64,000 bases of DNA, taken from IMG/VR virus record IMGVR_UViG_3300009164_000039; one strand, written 5' to 3'. Position 1 is the stretch's first letter; each line of letters opens with the position of its first letter. The notes beneath the pieces are model-generated. The model saw only the letters and a program-made list of their open reading frames with translations, was not told the origin of the DNA and ran no database searches. The position numbers and the translations under genes were made by a program. Of the stretch, positions 62,667 through 64,000 are shown one piece after another. The stretch is from a virus.

Positions 62667-63999
62667 ATCCGTTCATGCGTAATTCAATTAATCTAATTTC
62701 AATTTCTTCATTGAGATCTCGTTCTTTTTTGCGACGAGCAAAGTAATCATTCTGTGGATTCTTTGGCGGCGGTTTAACAGGCTTGCCTGCATCCACATCA
62801 CGTTCACGTTGACGGCGCTTTTGATAATCAGTCTCGCCTTCCGCCATGCCTTGCTCTTTACCTAGGTCTTTCTGACGCAGACTTTTCTTCATAGTATCAA
62901 TCTTTTTACCTGCACCCACTTGGTCCAAGTTGGCATCTTTAGCGGCCTGGTTGTACTTGCGTTTGGCTTGCTTTAGTTCCGAGCCTTCCGCCACACCTTC
63001 ATCCACCAGCGTGGGTCCGGCTGGTCCTCGGTAAGGAGTGATACTGATAATATTTAGATCATACTCATTGGCTGTTTCCCAGGCAGTTTCAGCGTTGGGT
63101 GCTTCGATAATGTCTTTGCCACCTTCGCCATGCGAGCCATCATGGACCACAAGCCACTTACGCATGCTTAATGGTTTTGCTTTAGCGACAATAGGACGAC
63201 CTTGACGATCCAGTGGCACACCACCTGGACCTTTGACCATACGACCTTCGTCCGTCTCTGACTTGTCCAAACGAGAACCAGTGTATCCCATTTTACGCAC
63301 CCGGTCAAGCACATGTTTGGCATCAGTGTCTTTTAATCCATGTGCCTTTAACACAGCACTGACATGATGCTTTTCTGCACCCGGTGGAATGGAATTGTGA
63401 AATAGGTTACCAAATATTTCTTTGGCTGCGGTATCATGTGCTTCATTAATGCCGTCTTTCATGGCATGAAGATATTTCAACACACTGCCCCATGCAGGAT
63501 CAGTAGCGCCTGCAGCCATGAACCGGGCATGTTTGTATGCAGCGTCCCAGCCTTTTTCAGCCACAAGTTTTTCACAGTAGCGTGAAAGCTCATCGGCTTT
63601 CATGCCTTCTGCCACGCCTTGTTGCATATCACGCTTGACTGCACGAGCAACATCCTGTGCCAGGGCACTTGGGTTACTGTCTCCACCGTAGTTCAATACA
63701 TCAATGATAGCGGCGTGAACTGTGCGTTCGTCTGCCCGGCGTGCCAGATTGGGATATATTCTTTCAAACTCTGCATATACTTCATCAGCAAGTTCTTCGC
63801 TATCAGCACCTTCCGCCACACCTCGACCTCGACGCTTTAGATGCTTTACATAATTATGACCTCGGCCATCCAATTTAATGATTTCTTGAATGTATTCCGC
63901 CGCATGTGTAATAAAGTCACTAGTATTGTATACATTATCCATACCAGTTTTGATATAGATTGTGTCCTTGAGATGCCATTCTGCCGAGGTAACTTCTCC
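62656..63999 (-). CDS. Modular hypothetical protein with G(V/M)AEG-delimited segments (5'-truncated by window edge)
   Basis: Frame open from 63999 through ORF 62656..63942; four G(V/M)AEG motifs. Confidence 0.75.
   Translation of the reverse strand, partial: GEVTSAEWHLKDTIYIKTGMDNVYNTSDFITHAAEYIQEIIKLDGRGHNYVKHLKRRGRGVAEGADSEELADEVYAEFERIYPNLARRADERTVHAAIIDVLNYGGDSNPSALAQDVARAVKRDMQQGVAEGMKADELSRYCEKLVAEKGWDAAYKHARFMAAGATDPAWGSVLKYLHAMKDGINEAHDTAAKEIFGNLFHNSIPPGAEKHHVSAVLKAHGLKDTDAKHVLDRVRKMGYTGSRLDKSETDEGRMVKGPGGVPLDRQGRPIVAKAKPLSMRKWLVVHDGSHGEGGKDIIEAPNAETAWETANEYDLNIISITPYRGPAGPTLVDEGVAEGSELKQAKRKYNQAAKDANLDQVGAGKKIDTMKKSLRQKDLGKEQGMAEGETDYQKRRQRERDVDAGKPVKPPPKNPQNDYFARRKKERDLNEEIEIRLIELRMNGYEL
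62837..63822 (-). repeat. Four dispersed copies of 14-nt GGYRTGGCRGAAGG
   Basis: Copies at 62837..62850, 62984..62997, 63605..63618, 63809..63822. Confidence 0.8.
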
Positions 64000-64000
64000 A

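Noticed and set aside
1-64000. CRISPR array, tRNA genes, integrase/att sites, stop-codon reassignment
   Set aside because: No spaced direct repeats, no cloverleaf in the few intergenic gaps, no recombinase ORF; conserved enzymes are intact under code 11

Overview
The window is 64 kb of a large, T4-like or jumbo tailed dsDNA phage genome (Caudoviricetes). It is densely coding under genetic code 11, with no integrase, tRNA or CRISPR seen. The sigma70 promoters and the proteobacterial-type rpoZ and desaturase suggest a proteobacterial host (inference). Positions 1-18.8 kb (+ strand) hold a Ser/Thr/Gly-rich tail-fibre-like gene followed by a modification locus: four glycosyltransferase-like genes, six tandem radical SAM genes, SGNH-like genes and a NodU/CmcH carbamoyltransferase. 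Positions 18.8-64 kb are mostly - strand. They carry a DesII-like radical SAM deaminase operon with a DesV-like aminotransferase and an SDR, thyA/folA, a MoxR-like AAA plus vWA pair, many small early genes, three nuclease-like genes and RNase H. A 7-deazaguanine DNA-modification region follows (queE, two queD, folE, dpdL-like, dpdA-like; no queC in window), interleaved with sugar enzymes. The end of the window has rpoZ, sliding clamp, family B DNA polymerase, a desaturase, Dps, another radical SAM gene and a modular protein with a repeated 14-nt motif. Top leads: (1) an apparent phage-encoded desosamine-like trideoxy-aminosugar pathway; (2) hidden +1-frame membrane-protein ORFs, most with their own SD sequences, nested in essential enzyme genes; (3) a preQ1-I-like pseudoknot leader upstream of queD; (4) the deazaguanine cluster with an adjacent glycosyltransferase; (5) DNA-level GVAEG module-junction repeats. 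All family assignments come from motif recognition by eye; no database searches were run.
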